Part shown: piece after piece, positions 62,001 to 64,000 of the stretch
Position numbering within the stretch: the stretch's first letter is position 1
Layout: the number at the start of each line of letters is the position of its first letter
Origin: Octopus bimaculoides
Lineage: Eukaryota
Reading direction: 5' to 3'
Assembly: GCF_001194135.2 (NCBI RefSeq)
Contig: NC_068999.1
Location: forward strand, 48,717,653-48,781,652
Length of the DNA stretch: 64,000 nt
Translations under genes and position numbers: made by a program
Notes under the pieces: generated by a model
Seen by the model: only the letters and a program-made list of their open reading frames with translations
The model's database searches: none
What the model was told of the DNA's origin: nothing

Positions 62001-63376
62001 ATGAGCAGCATATATTATCAGTCAAACAAACTAAAGTATATATGGCCTTTATATACATCTTGTTCAGTGGCATAATACAATGGGTGTAGTTGTAGCAAGG
62101 TTTCAAATCTGCATATGGTCACTAGTCAAATACTTCAGCATCTTAAATTTATGTATATAGTATTAGCAACAGAAGCAATATTAATAACAAAAGGTAATCT
62201 TTATATCCAACTTAACATGATGCCTTGGTAGAACACCAAATACTGTGTTATTAGCTTTGAGAAATTCTCTCCTATAGGCACTTGGTGCATAAGAGCCCAC
62301 ACAGACTGTGCAAGCAAAAATGAAAAAATCGGAATTAAAACACATGGAAATATGTTCTCTTGCAGACATGCCCAGCTCCTGCCAGTGAATGAAAATAAGT
62401 GTAAAATATAACAATGATACAAAAACATAAATCCATTTGTTGTAAAATAAAAACTTTTTTTTGTTTTTTCTTCAAGGCACCAATGTTCAAAATGGAAGGT
62501 GTTCAACAAGTAGCAGAAGAATTTGCAGAAGAAGCCAAATATTTCACTGAATCACGGTTGCTGCAAAGAGATGTGAAAATCATTCTGGAAGGAACCTCCA
62601 ACCAAAACTTCCTTGGAACAGTCATACATCCGGTAAGGTTTACTTTTCCACTTCATATTTATTCTTCCTCATTCTTATATGAAGCAGGGCAGAGGTAGCT
62701 TAAGCTCTTATGCAGTTTTCTAATTTCCAGCTGGTCTTTTTCAATAAAAGTTCTGTTATAAAGTGATTGGCATTCAGAAGAGCAACCAGCCGTAGAATCC
62801 AAGCCATGCCAAACAAACACAGGTGCATGCTGTGTTTCTTGGGCCCATCGGATCCTGTCAAACCGTCCAACTATGCCAGCATTTGAACACACGTTAAATG
62901 ATGCTGCTCAATACTGTGGTTGTTTCATGGATGTAGGTCAGTGTGTGAAAGCTTTTTCAATAAAGCTGTATTATTGATTTCTGAAGACACAGATGGCTTT
63001 CATCTCCCATTATCATCATATTTTCATGATTTAGTATTATAGAATTTTTAATACGGTTCAGTTCCTATCAATGAAACATCATCTAATTAGTCATTTAACC
63101 CATTTCCATTCAGCCCTATCAGTAGCATGTTTGAAAATTTAACTCTTTTGGCATTTAAACTGGCCATATCCAGCTCAAACATCCTACTTGTTTGATGTTC
63201 AAAATAGACATTTCTGAAATGCAAATGATTCTAATAATTTTAAATGAAATTTTTGTTTCCTACTTACAGAGAGGCAACATTACAGAATTTTTATTAAGTG
63301 AAGGTTTTGCACGATGTGTTGACTGGAGCATGGGAGTTGTTACAAGTGGGACTGAAAAGTACCGTGCAGCTGAAAG
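46631..63376 (+). CDS. SND1: Staphylococcal nuclease domain-containing protein 1 (Tudor-SN), 5' part. Exons 46631-46675, 55915-56049, 56920-57043, 58340-58421, 60206-60366, 60933-61024, 62477-62632, 63270-63376; continues past window
   Basis: All GT-AG, phases consistent (0,0,1,2,1,0,0,2). Translation [43 protein letters not shown]..., [81 protein letters not shown] matches SN1/SN2 of SND1. Confidence 0.97.
47500..48650. repeat. Compound (TA)n/(TG)n/(TATG)n microsatellite with large assembly gap
   Basis: Directly visible; similar tracts at ~3110-3400, 10400-10650, 12420-12980, 16220-16450, 26640-26800. Confidence 0.95.
59164..59388. mobile_element. piggyBac-like MITE in SND1 intron 4
   Basis: TTAA|CCCTTTCGTTACC ... 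GGTATCAAAAGGG|TTAA. Confidence 0.75.
59742..60090 (+). mobile_element. SINE (abundant family) in SND1 intron 4
   Basis: ggtgtggctgtgtagtaag...gactgaaacaaaag. Confidence 0.85.
61090..61325 (-). mobile_element. SINE 3' part (abundant family), antisense, in SND1 intron 6
   Basis: Reverse complement of ttgacaaccagtg...gcaaaagagacc...gaataagtacc...gactaaa block. Confidence 0.7.
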
Positions 63377-63740
63377 GTAATTAGAGTGATTTAATGTTTT
63401 TTTCAATTACTTTTATCAGCATCTAACCCTTTTATCTTTCTGTATCCCTCTCTCTACTCATTCTCCTAGCCTAACTTTGTCTCCTGCATTCTTGCCCCCG
63501 AGGTCCATAGTTTTGCAAGCTGCATAGTGATCTCACTAGTGTGGTGGCACATGAAAAAAGCACCCAGGCGACACCATAGTGGCTGGTGTTATGAAGGGCA
63601 TCCAGCTGTAGAAACCGTGTCAAAGGTGAGGCAGAAGCATGATACAGTCCTTGAACCCACTGGGTCCTGTGAAACCATCCAACCAATTACAGCATGGAAC
63701 ATGGGACATTAAATGATGTTGATGGAATTGATATAATAAG

Positions 63741-64000
63741 AGATGCAGTTTGGGTTCGTGCCAGGTAAAAGCACTACTGATGCCTTATTTCTAGTGAGAC
63801 AGTTGCAAGAGAAATACCTAGCCAAGGATAAACCTCTGTACCTGGCTTTCGTTGACATGGAGAAAGCCTTTGACAGGGTCCCCCGATCCCTTATCTGGTG
63901 GTCAATGAGGAAACTTGGGATAGAAGAATGGCTAGTGAGAGCTGTGCGAGCCATGTACAGAGATGCGGCCAGTAAGGTGAGGGTTGGAAATGAGTACAGC
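63741..64000 (+). mobile_element. RTE LINE reverse-transcriptase segment, open frame, runs off window
   Basis: EMQFGFVPGKSTTDALFLVRQLQEKYLAKDKPLYLAFVDMEKAFDRVPRSLIWWSMRKLGIEEWLVRAVRAMYRDAASKVRVGNEYS with no stop. Confidence 0.92.

Noticed and set aside
1-64000. CRISPR arrays, rRNA genes, prokaryote-like operons
   Set aside because: None seen; the repeats are microsatellites, SINEs or simple duplications in a eukaryotic context.

Overview
Eukaryotic, AT-rich (TA/CA microsatellite- and SINE-dense) genomic DNA with assembly gaps; the repeat landscape suggests an octopus/coleoid cephalopod (inference). I could build four spliced or single-exon protein genes by hand from GT-AG sites and reading-frame phase. 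(1) An uncharacterised ~1033-aa + strand protein (19409-25008) with a repeat-rich disordered N-terminus, a basic patch, a putative ubiquitin-like domain and a HECT-like C-terminus that appears to lack the catalytic Cys. (2) SARAF/TMEM66 with an intronless CDS (- strand, 30514-31395). (3) TMEM216-family ciliary transition-zone gene (- strand, 36672-40897; missed as a whole by the ORF track). (4) The first eight coding exons of SND1/Tudor-SN (+ strand, 46631 to beyond the window end). Between and inside the genes are tRNA-derived SINEs, RTE and RLE-type LINE fragments, a Gypsy RT fragment, mariner remnants, and Tc1-, hAT- and piggyBac-like MITEs. The most striking observation is two unrelated families of minimal type I hammerhead ribozyme motifs. 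One sits in a highly structured 349-bp tandem repeat (43637-44205, - strand) that looks like a non-LTR retrozyme or Penelope-like pseudo-LTR. The other is carried by a tRNA-headed SINE (three copies; best at 27521-27566). Most short ORFs in the supplied track are microsatellite, gap or SINE artefacts.
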